Positions 9,774-19,299 of a stretch of 64,000 nucleotides of DNA are shown here, one piece after another; position 1 is the stretch's first letter; every line of letters starts with the position of its first letter. The notes under the pieces are model-generated. The model was not told the DNA's origin. It did not search any database and saw only the letters and a list, made by a program, of their open reading frames with translations. The stretch is from the IMG/VR virus record IMGVR_UViG_3300042564_004221, positions 1 through 64,000 of that record; one strand, written 5' to 3'. Origin of the DNA: a virus. The position numbers and the translations under genes were made by a program.

Positions 9774-10001
9774 TTATGGACAAGTCGTTACGGTTTCTTC
9801 ACCTGAAATTATGCATCCATTCGCATCAATCAATTTTAACATATAAGCACTTGATGTGTCATATGGGATTGGTATGTCAAAAATGTAAGGAGCGGAAGTG
9901 ATTGTTGTCATATAGAAACAACCTGAACCACCAGGTTGACATATATAAACGTCATATGGTGATTGTCCTGTAATACTGCTTATTGTTACTTGTACTGCCA
10001 T
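9774..10001 (-). CDS. Small stand-alone SprB-like beta-domain protein
   Basis: ITGQSPYDVY...KLIDANGC pattern; ends in CP. Confidence 0.65.
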   Translation of the reverse strand: MAVQVTISSITGQSPYDVYICQPGGSGCFYMTTITSAPYIFDIPIPYDTSSAYMLKLIDANGCIISGEETVTTCP

Positions 10002-10015
10002 TTATTTTATTAATA

Positions 10016-12190
10016 TTAAGGACATCCGTTTAATGTTAAAGTGTAATCAACACCCAAGACAGGTAGTGGAATAAATCCATCACCCCAAACAGGTTCAAAT
10101 GCGGAACTGTTAGGTAATGGAACTGTTGTATTAAGACATTTCCAATCACCTACAGCTGACAGTATAAGATTATTATTAGTACCAGGACATAAGTAATTAG
10201 GATTAATTGTGAATAGTATTGATGTGTCGTGACCTGTTGCAGTTGTTATATTTTCAATATAATATTCATAACATAATGGTGTTGTTACACAATCTTCACA
10301 GTTGTCGTAAACTGTATCAAACGCAGTTGCGAAGTAGTTTCCGCTATAATTAATTGGAAGGTAACCAACAGTTGGAATGTATGTAGTATTAAATTGTCCG
10401 ACATAAGTCCAACAAATTCCACTAGAATCTTTAAATGTTTGTCCAATAACAAGTGTTATTTGAGTTGGAATTGTTTGAATCACCTCAGTTGGTGTTATTT
10501 CTTGTTCAGGACAAGTTTGATATACATAAACATAATTAGGTGTTGGAGTCATAGTTGGAGTTTGAGTTGAAGTTTGAGTTGGAGTTTGAGTAGTTGTGGT
10601 GGTCGGTGTTGGTGTTACACTACTTGTTGGTGTTGGTGATAATCCTGGTGTTGGTGTTACCGTTGGAGTAGTAGTATTGGTAGGTGTTACCGTTGGAGTA
10701 GTAGTATTGGTAGGTGTTACCGTTGGTGTTACAGTTGGAGTGGTTGTACTAGTTTGTGTATTGGTTGGTGTCGGCGTTGGCGAACAATCTCCACAAGAAC
10801 CATATAAATTAACAACTTCAGTTACATATGAATTTGAAGATATATTTGCATCGTCTCTATCATAAGTTACACATACATAATTTCCGTTTATTATTGCAAG
10901 CATTGTTAAACCTATTGGTACAGGAATACCATCATAATTTAAATTATTGGCAACATAGTATTCTGTACCATCAGCACAAGATATTAACACTTTAACTGAA
11001 GTACAAGTGAATGTTTCATCTAACATCACAAACGATACTTGACCTTGAACATCACAAGTTTTTGTTAATGTTAAAGTTGGTGTAATTGAAGGTGTTGGTG
11101 TCGTATCATTATAACTACAGATACTAAAAGATACACCGACATTACATATAGGTGTTGGAGTAGGTGTTGGTGGTAATAAAGTTGCGGTAACATCAAAATT
11201 AACAACATCACAAGGAATGGTTGATGTCGGTGGTGTTGGCGTAGGTGGTATGTCACAATCAAAATACGCAACAAAATCAAATGTTACTGTATTAGTTATT
11301 GTTGGTGTAGGTGTTGGACATATTCCAACATTAAATAAATTTGCAGAGATGTCAGGACAATCAGTTTCACAAGGATATGAACCCTCAAGTAAACAAGTAC
11401 CACCTAAAGAAGTACTTAAACACCATCTGTCACCTGTATAATATATCGTTCCAAAATTAATACCATCACCCTCATAGTAATCTTTACCGTTATAAGTTGA
11501 TATTTTAGTATAATTTCCACTGTAACCTGAAAGTGACTGTAAATTTGTTCTTAAACAATAAACTGAAGGACATAATCCTGGCGTTGGTGTAACTGTTGGT
11601 GTTACTGTTGGTGTTACAGTATTTGTTGGTGTTATTGTTGGCGTTGGTGTTGGTGATGGGCAAATTCCACAGGTTGCACAATCCACGTATGGACCTGTAA
11701 ACACTCCACCTGAATTTATTACACCTGTTGCAGAATATGATAATACCGTAGCACAACCATCAAAAAGAGGACTAAAAATATTCCAAACTTCTCCAACGTT
11801 TAAAGTACCAGGCAAGTTTTCCCATCTAAATTGATTTGATGGATTACAACAATCTTGAAATAAATAGATATCGTAAGTTTCTGTCGGTGTAACTGTTGGC
11901 GTTGGAGTTAAGGTAGGTGTTGGCGATGGTGTTATTGCGGGTAACAATGAACAATTACCAAAATGTAATAATTGACAAGCAGCACAATCTTCAAACGTTG
12001 CAGTATAAACTATAGTTGTGTTTGTTACAGTTTGGGGTCCTGTTGGAACACCTAACCAACAAACATCATTCGCATCATAATAAACTGTTCCTACAACAAA
12101 CTGATTACCAGGTATTCCATTAATCGTAGGTGTCGTATCATATACGATATAGGCTGGGTTACTACAACACTGGATATAAAACGTGGTCAT
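10016..12190 (-). CDS. Cys-rich mucin-like Pro/Thr-repeat protein (putative virion protein)
   Basis: Several small Cys-rich modules ending in (Y/F)xDCxxC, separated by TPTPT linkers; ends in CP. Confidence 0.72.
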   Translation of the reverse strand: MTTFYIQCCSNPAYIVYDTTPTINGIPGNQFVVGTVYYDANDVCWLGVPTGPQTVTNTTIVYTATFEDCAACQLLHFGNCSLLPAITPSPTPTLTPTPTVTPTETYDIYLFQDCCNPSNQFRWENLPGTLNVGEVWNIFSPLFDGCATVLSYSATGVINSGGVFTGPYVDCATCGICPSPTPTPTITPTNTVTPTVTPTVTPTPGLCPSVYCLRTNLQSLSGYSGNYTKISTYNGKDYYEGDGINFGTIYYTGDRWCLSTSLGGTCLLEGSYPCETDCPDISANLFNVGICPTPTPTITNTVTFDFVAYFDCDIPPTPTPPTSTIPCDVVNFDVTATLLPPTPTPTPICNVGVSFSICSYNDTTPTPSITPTLTLTKTCDVQGQVSFVMLDETFTCTSVKVLISCADGTEYYVANNLNYDGIPVPIGLTMLAIINGNYVCVTYDRDDANISSNSYVTEVVNLYGSCGDCSPTPTPTNTQTSTTTPTVTPTVTPTNTTTPTVTPTNTTTPTVTPTPGLSPTPTSSVTPTPTTTTTQTPTQTSTQTPTMTPTPNYVYVYQTCPEQEITPTEVIQTIPTQITLVIGQTFKDSSGICWTYVGQFNTTYIPTVGYLPINYSGNYFATAFDTVYDNCEDCVTTPLCYEYYIENITTATGHDTSILFTINPNYLCPGTNNNLILSAVGDWKCLNTTVPLPNSSAFEPVWGDGFIPLPVLGVDYTLTLNGCP
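10653..10726. repeat. 30-bp tandem repeat (about 2.5 copies) encoding PTNTTTPTVT
   Basis: ggtgttaccgttggagtagtagtattggta is repeated exactly. Confidence 0.75.
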
Positions 12191-12210
12191 TTGTTATTAA
12201 ATAGTTTTTA

Positions 12211-12218
12211 TATAAATA
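12211..12218 (-). promoter_or_regulatory. Putative phage late-promoter motif TATTTATA
   Basis: 20 nt upstream of the ATG at 12190. Confidence 0.55.
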
Positions 12219-12289
12219 ACCTATTAGTCGGTTTTTATACAATATAAAAATAGAAATGTTAAAAGATAAATAAACACACCAATTAACTA

Positions 12290-12297
12290 TATTTATA
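12290..12297 (+). promoter_or_regulatory. Putative phage late-promoter motif TATTTATA (plus strand)
   Basis: 4 nt upstream of the ATG at 12302; the motif switches strand together with the gene. Confidence 0.5.
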
Positions 12298-12301
12298 TTA
12301 T

Positions 12302-12481
12302 ATGAAACTTCTTAAGACAATTGAGAGAATAATCCAAGAAGCTGAAGAGCAATATAATTCAGCATGTGAGAGTTGTGTTACCGTTGAGGAATTAGACAGA
12401 CTTGAAAAACATTACAAAGATTCCTTAAGGTTAATTAAATTATACAAATCAAAAGAGGAAAAAAAAGATAAGGAGGATTAA
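12302..12481 (+). CDS. Small helical hypothetical protein (59 aa)
   Basis: Manual translation MKLLKTIERIIQEAEEQYNSACESCVTVEELDRLEKHYKDSLRLIKLYKSKEEKKDKED*. Below the ORF-track cutoff, fills an intergenic gap and has an upstream TATTTATA. Confidence 0.65.
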   Translation: MKLLKTIERIIQEAEEQYNSACESCVTVEELDRLEKHYKDSLRLIKLYKSKEEKKDKED

Positions 12482-12488
12482 GAAATAT

Positions 12489-13340
12489 TTAATATATTAG
12501 TTTAACCGCCTCACAAATACCACCCTCTGAATATGTTTGGTACCCCCTATGATGTAACCATCCATAGATTTCATCTTTTTTATCTTGTGGTAGGTTATAA
12601 TCTTCAAAGATTATAAAGTTTGGTAAAGTTATTTTAGATTCATCAATACCCATAATTAGTTGAGCATCCAACCCTTCTACATCTAAATGCAACCAATCAA
12701 TGTGTCCATAACATTCGGTTAAAATTAAGTCCGTAATACTAATTGAATCTCTTTTTGTTGATTTTATTTCTTCGGTTTCCCAATGTCTAATAACATTTTC
12801 AACTATAGTATTCGTATATCCTGCTCCGCCTTCAAAAAATTCAACTTCACCACCATTCGGAGTGATTAAAGATTGGATTGGTTTAACTAAAGTATTATTC
12901 TTGTAGTTATTTTTTAATTTTTCATATTGTTTGTCTGAGGCTTCAATTAAAACCACACTACATTCTCTTTTTTGAACGATTGGTACCCACTCACCGAATT
13001 CGCCATCATGAGTTCCAATAACCAAACCTTTTGGAAATATCCCTTTAGATAATAGCCCCTTGTTATACATCCATAATGATTTATAAAAATGGTTTCCGTG
13101 TTCCATAACATCCCACGTTTTAACATAGACAATTCTACCATTTGAATCGGTTATTTCAACATCAAACATCTCTGTATTTGGATATGTTGCAAACCAATAA
13201 TCATTTAAGTCAATTGACCATTGTTCTTCACCACTTACGTGTTTTTTAATTTTTAATTTGAATGGTAAGTTTTTATTGTATTTACTAATATTACCAACAT
13301 CAACTCGTATACCTTCTGTATTATATGTTACCTTTATCAT
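12489..13340 (-). CDS. FkbM-family SAM-dependent methyltransferase with N-terminal beta domain
   Basis: IGTHDG, LIEAS, IDWLHLDVEGLD and IIFE motifs. Confidence 0.75.
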   Translation of the reverse strand: MIKVTYNTEGIRVDVGNISKYNKNLPFKLKIKKHVSGEEQWSIDLNDYWFATYPNTEMFDVEITDSNGRIVYVKTWDVMEHGNHFYKSLWMYNKGLLSKGIFPKGLVIGTHDGEFGEWVPIVQKRECSVVLIEASDKQYEKLKNNYKNNTLVKPIQSLITPNGGEVEFFEGGAGYTNTIVENVIRHWETEEIKSTKRDSISITDLILTECYGHIDWLHLDVEGLDAQLIMGIDESKITLPNFIIFEDYNLPQDKKDEIYGWLHHRGYQTYSEGGICEAVKLIY

Positions 13341-13884
13341 TTTTGTGTTTTTCTATAAAAAAGTTTATATCTTGACTCCAAAGTATCATCGCTTCTTCCT
13401 TGATTTTACTCTCTTCCCAATCCCACCAAGCAATGTCCAATAAATCTTTTATTTGTTGTTCCTCAAATCTATACTTTAAATGTTTCGATGGGTTTCCACC
13501 AACAACAGAATAAGGTTCGACATCTTTGGTTACTAAAGCACCTGCGGCAACAATCGCCCCGTGTCCAATCTTAACACCCGACATTATTGTTGATTTTGCA
13601 CCAATCCAAACATCATTTCCAATGGTAATATCACCCTTACAAGATGGATGTCCCATCTCCATATGAAGTTTTGCTACTTCAGGTGTGACTGGTCCCCACA
13701 ATTGAGAACTCGTTGTTATCCAATCAGACCTGTGGTTCGCATGTAAAAACAAATTACAATCCCTACCGATAGAACAATATTTTCCAACCTTAATTTTATA
13801 TTCATCACTCCAAGAAATTATATTGACATTTCGGTCAAAATATGTTCCCCTGTCAGCACTCCATAAATGTATATTTTCAATCAT
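13321..13884 (-). CDS. Hexapeptide-repeat O-acetyltransferase (CatB/Vat-like fold)
   Basis: VGKYCSIG, H(R)SDWITT, KGDITIGNDVWIG, GVKIGHGAIVAAG, VVGGNP and WWDW motifs. Confidence 0.85.
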   Translation of the reverse strand: MIENIHLWSADRGTYFDRNVNIISWSDEYKIKVGKYCSIGRDCNLFLHANHRSDWITTSSQLWGPVTPEVAKLHMEMGHPSCKGDITIGNDVWIGAKSTIMSGVKIGHGAIVAAGALVTKDVEPYSVVGGNPSKHLKYRFEEQQIKDLLDIAWWDWEESKIKEEAMILWSQDINFFIEKHKNDKGNI

Positions 13885-13897
13885 ACTTAAATTTAAT

Positions 13898-14521
13898 CTA
13901 TTGAAGTAAATTGTGTATCCATATTTTAGACAGATTAATTAATTCGTTAGTCATTTCGTGTCCTGAGTTCACGAAGATTGCAGTTATGTTATTGTTCTTG
14001 GTTTTTAAATGGAGATGACTTTTTTCCGCCCAATCATATGGAATAACAAAATCAGTCCTACCATTTATCATCAAGATAGGTGTATCGTTTAATTGATGAC
14101 TATCCAATTTAAATTCATAATAACCCAACAATGAAACAACACCTTTACATTTTATTTTGTTTTCAATACAAGAATGTAAGGCAACCGTCGCACCTTGTGA
14201 TACACCAATAAAGATGGGGTCATCTAATAATAGATATTTTTGTCTTGTTTCATCAATTATTGTTTTGATGTAGTCTGAACACATTTCAATATCATCTTCC
14301 TTTGAAAAGTTTTCAAGATGACATCCCAAGATATCAAACCAACCTCGTCCATCTTCACGTTCTGGTGTCCACTTACGAGGGCCTTTAATTGCTAAAATAA
14401 ATGAATTTTTTGGTAATATGTCTTTCAGGTATAATAATTCATTCTCATCCCACCCCAATTGGTGAAGTAATACAAAGAAAGGGATTTTAACTTCAGGTTC
14501 TAAAACTATGTTAGTATTCAT
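13898..14521 (-). CDS. Alpha/beta hydrolase (carboxylesterase/phospholipase type)
   Basis: GVSQG nucleophile elbow, G..DFVIP and GHE triad motifs, and GRGWFD. Confidence 0.8.
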   Translation of the reverse strand: MNTNIVLEPEVKIPFFVLLHQLGWDENELLYLKDILPKNSFILAIKGPRKWTPEREDGRGWFDILGCHLENFSKEDDIEMCSDYIKTIIDETRQKYLLLDDPIFIGVSQGATVALHSCIENKIKCKGVVSLLGYYEFKLDSHQLNDTPILMINGRTDFVIPYDWAEKSHLHLKTKNNNITAIFVNSGHEMTNELINLSKIWIHNLLQ

Positions 14522-16386
14522 TATTTAACTTCCAATATGTCATTAAAAATATATTTATTTGTATTCGTTTCGTAAATCTTAATCGAGTATTTGTTAGGTT
14601 CTAAAAACAAATTACTTACATAAAAATACCAATAACCATAAAAGTTTTGACCGCCTAATCTAAAAATTTCATTACCTTCTAAATCGCCAACAACAAAATC
14701 AACAATCTCCCCAACTTTCTTGGTTGTCATAAAAGAATTCTTTTCAAATACTAATGTTTGATTTGAGTAGGTAATAACAAACTCTTCACAATCAATAACA
14801 TTAACATTGTAGTTCCTCCTTATATTATCATAATGTTCCTGACTTTTAATTCCGTGAAAAAACAAAACTTCATTATGATTTTTAGGTAAAACAACTGATG
14901 ACGATATTTCAGTCATACTATAACTATAGTTTTCAAATATCCCCATATCAATGTCCGTCACTTCTTCTATATCCAATAGAGGTAATCCCTTAGTTAGATT
15001 GTATTTTGCTAAAACCGCATTTGCAGTATCTTCGTCGTGAAACAATAATATTCCTGGTTTAGTCCCTTTATACTTTTGGTATATTTCCATTTGTTCTTTA
15101 AAAAACCATTCTGACCTTGAATCAAAAATCATTACGTTTGTCTTTCTTCGTGGGAATATCTCAGTCGTAACACCCATTTCATTTTTTAGTATATGTAATG
15201 AACTGGTCCATTCCTCTCCTTCGATAATATTTGATAAATAAAATACATCGTGAATGTGTGAGTTAATTAGGGGATAGTTTTCTAACTCATTAAAGTATTG
15301 CTTAATATTGTCGGAATTAACGGTGAAGTAAATGTCCGAATCAATACAGACATATCTTTTATTTGGGAATGAATTTATTAAATCAACATTAATTAAAGGT
15401 TTTGAACTGATAATATTATTGTCCCTACCTCTACTATCTTTATCACCTTCAGGAATATCAATTCTTCTTACAATAAATTGCTCATTAGATAAATCATTTT
15501 TAGATAAACTATAATCATGATTAATTGAGTAGATAATACATTTTCTGTTTGAGTATTTTTTAATCGACTCTAATAAGTTTATAAAAAGTGTTTCATAATT
15601 TTTTGTAAAACTAACAACCCAATAAAAGTCATCTATAATTGATTTATCATAAGATGCCGTTATAAGATTTCCAACTTTTTTTAACCTCGTTTTATTCTTT
15701 CTATAAAAATGGTACAAAGCCCTTTCTTGATTGTTAATATAAACCTTACCCCCTGTCCAATATGCATCGTATGTGTTTTTACCTCCATTGTCTGTTTCAC
15801 AATTTATTGAATCGTAGATTAATCTAACATTACAGTTTTCAATTAAAATTTGACTCATCTCATGCTCATCAAATGCGGTAACATAATCAAAATCTAATAT
15901 CTCGATAAACCTATCAATACTCTTTCTGTATAATCTTCTATTCTCATAGGTATTTTTAATTATAACAAAAGGACCCGAAATTCTATTATGATGAACCTTA
16001 TCAGCAAATGAAATTACATCGTATTCTTCCGTATGAGGTATTACCCATTTTTGGAAATCACCAAATAATGTATCAATATCATAGAACCCAAAAAAATTAT
16101 ATTCAGTTAAATAGTCTTCAAATAACTCACCCAAACAAGATTTCAAATCACTAATTTTTTGTGAATTTTTGATTTTATATTCATAGTTCAACATCAATGA
16201 AACTTTTTCTTCAACCTCATCTTTTGTTATTGGTATGACTTTATAATTAGGAGAATCAAGTACCAATCCACTATCCGTGAAAATTAAAAAATCTATATTA
16301 AGATTTTTCGTGGTTTCATAATGAAACCAAAAATAGTCAGGTATTTTACCTAACCAAAGTTGCATTAATACTATTTTATTTTTCAC
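14521..16386 (-). CDS. Multi-domain glycosyltransferase-like protein (two GT-A-like domains)
   Basis: N-terminal domain W.GK.PDYF...KISDLK...FFGFYDIDTLFGD; second domain SKP...CIDSDIYF...HDEDTAN. Both have DxD motifs. Confidence 0.7.
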   Translation of the reverse strand: MKNKIVLMQLWLGKIPDYFWFHYETTKNLNIDFLIFTDSGLVLDSPNYKVIPITKDEVEEKVSLMLNYEYKIKNSQKISDLKSCLGELFEDYLTEYNFFGFYDIDTLFGDFQKWVIPHTEEYDVISFADKVHHNRISGPFVIIKNTYENRRLYRKSIDRFIEILDFDYVTAFDEHEMSQILIENCNVRLIYDSINCETDNGGKNTYDAYWTGGKVYINNQERALYHFYRKNKTRLKKVGNLITASYDKSIIDDFYWVVSFTKNYETLFINLLESIKKYSNRKCIIYSINHDYSLSKNDLSNEQFIVRRIDIPEGDKDSRGRDNNIISSKPLINVDLINSFPNKRYVCIDSDIYFTVNSDNIKQYFNELENYPLINSHIHDVFYLSNIIEGEEWTSSLHILKNEMGVTTEIFPRRKTNVMIFDSRSEWFFKEQMEIYQKYKGTKPGILLFHDEDTANAVLAKYNLTKGLPLLDIEEVTDIDMGIFENYSYSMTEISSSVVLPKNHNEVLFFHGIKSQEHYDNIRRNYNVNVIDCEEFVITYSNQTLVFEKNSFMTTKKVGEIVDFVVGDLEGNEIFRLGGQNFYGYWYFYVSNLFLEPNKYSIKIYETNTNKYIFNDILEVK

Positions 16387-17338
16387 CTAACAATAATTTG
16401 TTTTCCCAATAGTTTACAAAACCATCAACAGTTTTTTTATCAATTTTTTCAAGTTCAACTAAGTGGTCTTTAACCATACCTATAGTGTTATTTGCCCATT
16501 GAATATCATCCCATCCATAAGCGGTTCCAAACATTTGTATTGGATTGTTTAATCTATATTCTGTTGGTGTAATGTTTTTATTATACTCACCATCAACAGT
16601 TAAAGCATTACCTGTAAATTCATATTGTTGTCCAGGGTTTAATATAATTGACTTGGTTCCACATAATCCCGCAGCCAAAGTATAAAAACTTTTTTGGTCG
16701 TAAGTTAGAAAATATTCATATTTGTTTAATTCATCTCTTAAATAATCATAAGCTCCATTAACTTTCCAATTTGTTAAATCAATAGAATTTAAATTATCAA
16801 AAATATCTAAACCATTTGGTGGTGTATGTTTATGAATTATATGACAAAATCCTTTTCTCTTACTAAAATTTGTTTGATATAATTTATCAAAATTATAATC
16901 AAAAACCGTTAATGGTTTATGTTCCACTTTTCTAAAAGTTTTGAAATCACCATAATTAAAATACACATCATTAACACCATAATCATTTTCAATATCTTCT
17001 TGAGTATCATACAATATCCATCTTACAACATGCTCGGTATTAAATGGATTTCCTCTACCAATTTGTGGGTATATTGCAACGGTGTTAGATAGATTATAAT
17101 TAAAATATTCCCAATTATACCACTCAAGAAATCCTTCTTCTTTAATTAAAGTTGTTGGTATTACTTTTATATTTTCGTGTGGATATTCTGGTTCACAAAA
17201 AATATAAACATTATGACCTCTGTCGGCCAATTCATATGCTAATTTATGCATCGCAACTATTCCACCTGTTAACGCTCGTGAAAATGGAGTATAGATACCA
17301 ATCAAAAAATTTATTTTACCATTGTTTTCTAAATTCAT
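16376..17338 (-). CDS. Glycosyltransferase-like protein (GT-B type)
   Basis: TGGIVAMHKLAYEL..RGHNV, AIYPQI..GNPF...VVRWIL and YD..SF...AAGLCG motifs. Confidence 0.65.
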   Translation of the reverse strand: MNLENNGKINFLIGIYTPFSRALTGGIVAMHKLAYELADRGHNVYIFCEPEYPHENIKVIPTTLIKEEGFLEWYNWEYFNYNLSNTVAIYPQIGRGNPFNTEHVVRWILYDTQEDIENDYGVNDVYFNYGDFKTFRKVEHKPLTVFDYNFDKLYQTNFSKRKGFCHIIHKHTPPNGLDIFDNLNSIDLTNWKVNGAYDYLRDELNKYEYFLTYDQKSFYTLAAGLCGTKSIILNPGQQYEFTGNALTVDGEYNKNITPTEYRLNNPIQMFGTAYGWDDIQWANNTIGMVKDHLVELEKIDKKTVDGFVNYWENKLLLGEK

Positions 17339-17339
17339 A

Positions 17340-17924
17340 TTATTTTATTTTTTTTTTTACAGGAACTCCAACATAAATACCAGGTTCTTCTATATGTTTA
17401 ACTACTGCACTATTCATACCAATCGTAGACAAACTATGAATTGATAATTTTTCCCTTATTGATGAATTATTTCCCATATAAACTAAGTCATATATTCTTA
17501 CATTCCCTGATACGACTGCACCAGGCATTGCACTAAAATAATCACCTATTTCACAATCGTGTCCAATATGATTACCCCTATTCAATATCGCATGTTTACC
17601 AATTTTTATGTTGGTCGTTAGTATAGAATATGCCCCAATAAAACTTCCTTCACCAATTTCAACATCACCCATCAACAGAGCGGTTGGGTGAATGAAGGTA
17701 AAAAATTGAGTGTCTTTTGGTAATCTTTGAACAATATCATATCTGTCTCTTGAGTCCGCAACCGCAATCATTGCAATATGTTTTTTTGGGTCAAATAACG
17801 ATAATGGTAATACGTCTTCACTATGTTTAACATATTGGTCATCAACAAATCTATCCAATTTAACACCCATCTGAGCCATCACTTCTTTTGCGTGGCCACC
17901 ATTACCAATTAATACTTTTTTCAT
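17340..17924 (-). CDS. NeuD/PglD-family sugar N-/O-acetyltransferase
   Basis: IGNGGHAKEV, IHPTA, hexapeptide repeats, IGHDC and GVP. Confidence 0.88.
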   Translation of the reverse strand: MKKVLIGNGGHAKEVMAQMGVKLDRFVDDQYVKHSEDVLPLSLFDPKKHIAMIAVADSRDRYDIVQRLPKDTQFFTFIHPTALLMGDVEIGEGSFIGAYSILTTNIKIGKHAILNRGNHIGHDCEIGDYFSAMPGAVVSGNVRIYDLVYMGNNSSIREKLSIHSLSTIGMNSAVVKHIEEPGIYVGVPVKKKIK

Positions 17925-17928
17925 ATCT

Positions 17929-19299
17929 TTATTTTATAAACCACCAAGTGCCAAACCATTCTTTAGTTACATTTGGTGTATATCCGTGTTTATTACAAAA
18001 TTCATCAACCGCTGGGTTAACACCAAAAACTCCATTGTATATTGGAGTTCCGTCTAACATTGAAGTATAGATGTATTTGTCCTTTCTATTTGGAGCAAAG
18101 TTGGGGTCGTTATACCAATCCATATTAATATAATCGTGTCCTGAAAAAACACCACCTTTTTTTAACTTTGGAAACCACAGATTAATGTCCTCAACAACAA
18201 AATCGTATGCGTGGTTTGCATCAATAAAGATAAAATCTAACGATTCATCTTGGAACATATCAGCAGCAACTTCAGAGGTTGCTCTTACCATAATACCTCT
18301 ATCTTCAAGTCCTTTAATACTTTCCATAGTTTCTTGGTAAGCGTCAATATGGTCTTTATGATTACTAGCATCTTCGTATTCAACACCTAAGGGTCTCCAA
18401 ACATCCACCATATAGAGCGTTCCTCCCCAATTATTTAAAATGTTTTTGGAAAACTCTCCCTTAAACACACCAATCTCAACACCTTTACCATTTGGGATTA
18501 AATTATTTAAATCCCTAATTAAATCGTCTCTATGATTATACATAATATTTTTTTTGTAATCTTTTATTTTTTTTATTTTTGAATCTCCATTAAAAGTGTC
18601 CCCTATGAAATGACAGAATTTTCCATTCAAATTAATTTCATCGTTAAAATTTTCATCAACAATATAATAAAAATTTTTAAACGGAACAATTGTGTCAGTA
18701 TTTACTAAATTTTTTTTATTGAAGTAATGATTAATATATGGTTGTTCGGTAAATTGTCCTTCAGGATATACATCTCTTAAATTCAAAACATTCATAAAAT
18801 GTTCCCTTATTTTTGAACTATTTTTGAACATCATTAACCCGCTATTAAACGTATGTATCTTATTTTCTTTAAAAAAGGATATGTCTTCATTAGTGTAATT
18901 ACCTAAATTAAAAGGTTTTCTAAAATGATTTTCAAAGCTATAATCTTCAACAACCGCATATAATTTATCGTCTTCACACTCTTTAAAAATTACATCTAAT
19001 TTTAAATTTGCCCACACATCGGAATCCATATACATTAAATTGTCATAACCTAAAATATTTGCATCAAATATTCTTAATCTATTAAACGCGACATCATCTG
19101 TAGTTGTATTTTCCACCATATGGTAATATACATTTGGTCTTTCATAGTCTTTAAAGTTTTTTTCATAAAATTCTCTATCAGTAATGATGAGAACATCCTG
19201 ATTAGTATTATAAACATCTAACTTTAATACAGACAATTTTAACAATTCTGCATAAGAATCATTAAATCCAACCGAATAATATACCAAATTTTTACTCAT
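17929..19299 (-). CDS. Fusion of a GT8-like glycosyltransferase and a class I SAM methyltransferase
   Basis: N-terminal YMDSDV, FNSGLM, EQPYIN and HF.G; C-terminal VEIGVFKG, VDVW, DFIFIDANHAY and GG...GHDY. Confidence 0.8.
   Translation of the reverse strand: MSKNLVYYSVGFNDSYAELLKLSVLKLDVYNTNQDVLIITDREFYEKNFKDYERPNVYYHMVENTTTDDVAFNRLRIFDANILGYDNLMYMDSDVWANLKLDVIFKECEDDKLYAVVEDYSFENHFRKPFNLGNYTNEDISFFKENKIHTFNSGLMMFKNSSKIREHFMNVLNLRDVYPEGQFTEQPYINHYFNKKNLVNTDTIVPFKNFYYIVDENFNDEINLNGKFCHFIGDTFNGDSKIKKIKDYKKNIMYNHRDDLIRDLNNLIPNGKGVEIGVFKGEFSKNILNNWGGTLYMVDVWRPLGVEYEDASNHKDHIDAYQETMESIKGLEDRGIMVRATSEVAADMFQDESLDFIFIDANHAYDFVVEDINLWFPKLKKGGVFSGHDYINMDWYNDPNFAPNRKDKYIYTSMLDGTPIYNGVFGVNPAVDEFCNKHGYTPNVTKEWFGTWWFIK

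Noticed and set aside
13321-13884. Antibiotic-resistance gene (catB/vat)
   Set aside because: The fold is shared with sugar O-acetyltransferases and the gene sits in a glycan cluster. Resistance cannot be supported from sequence alone.
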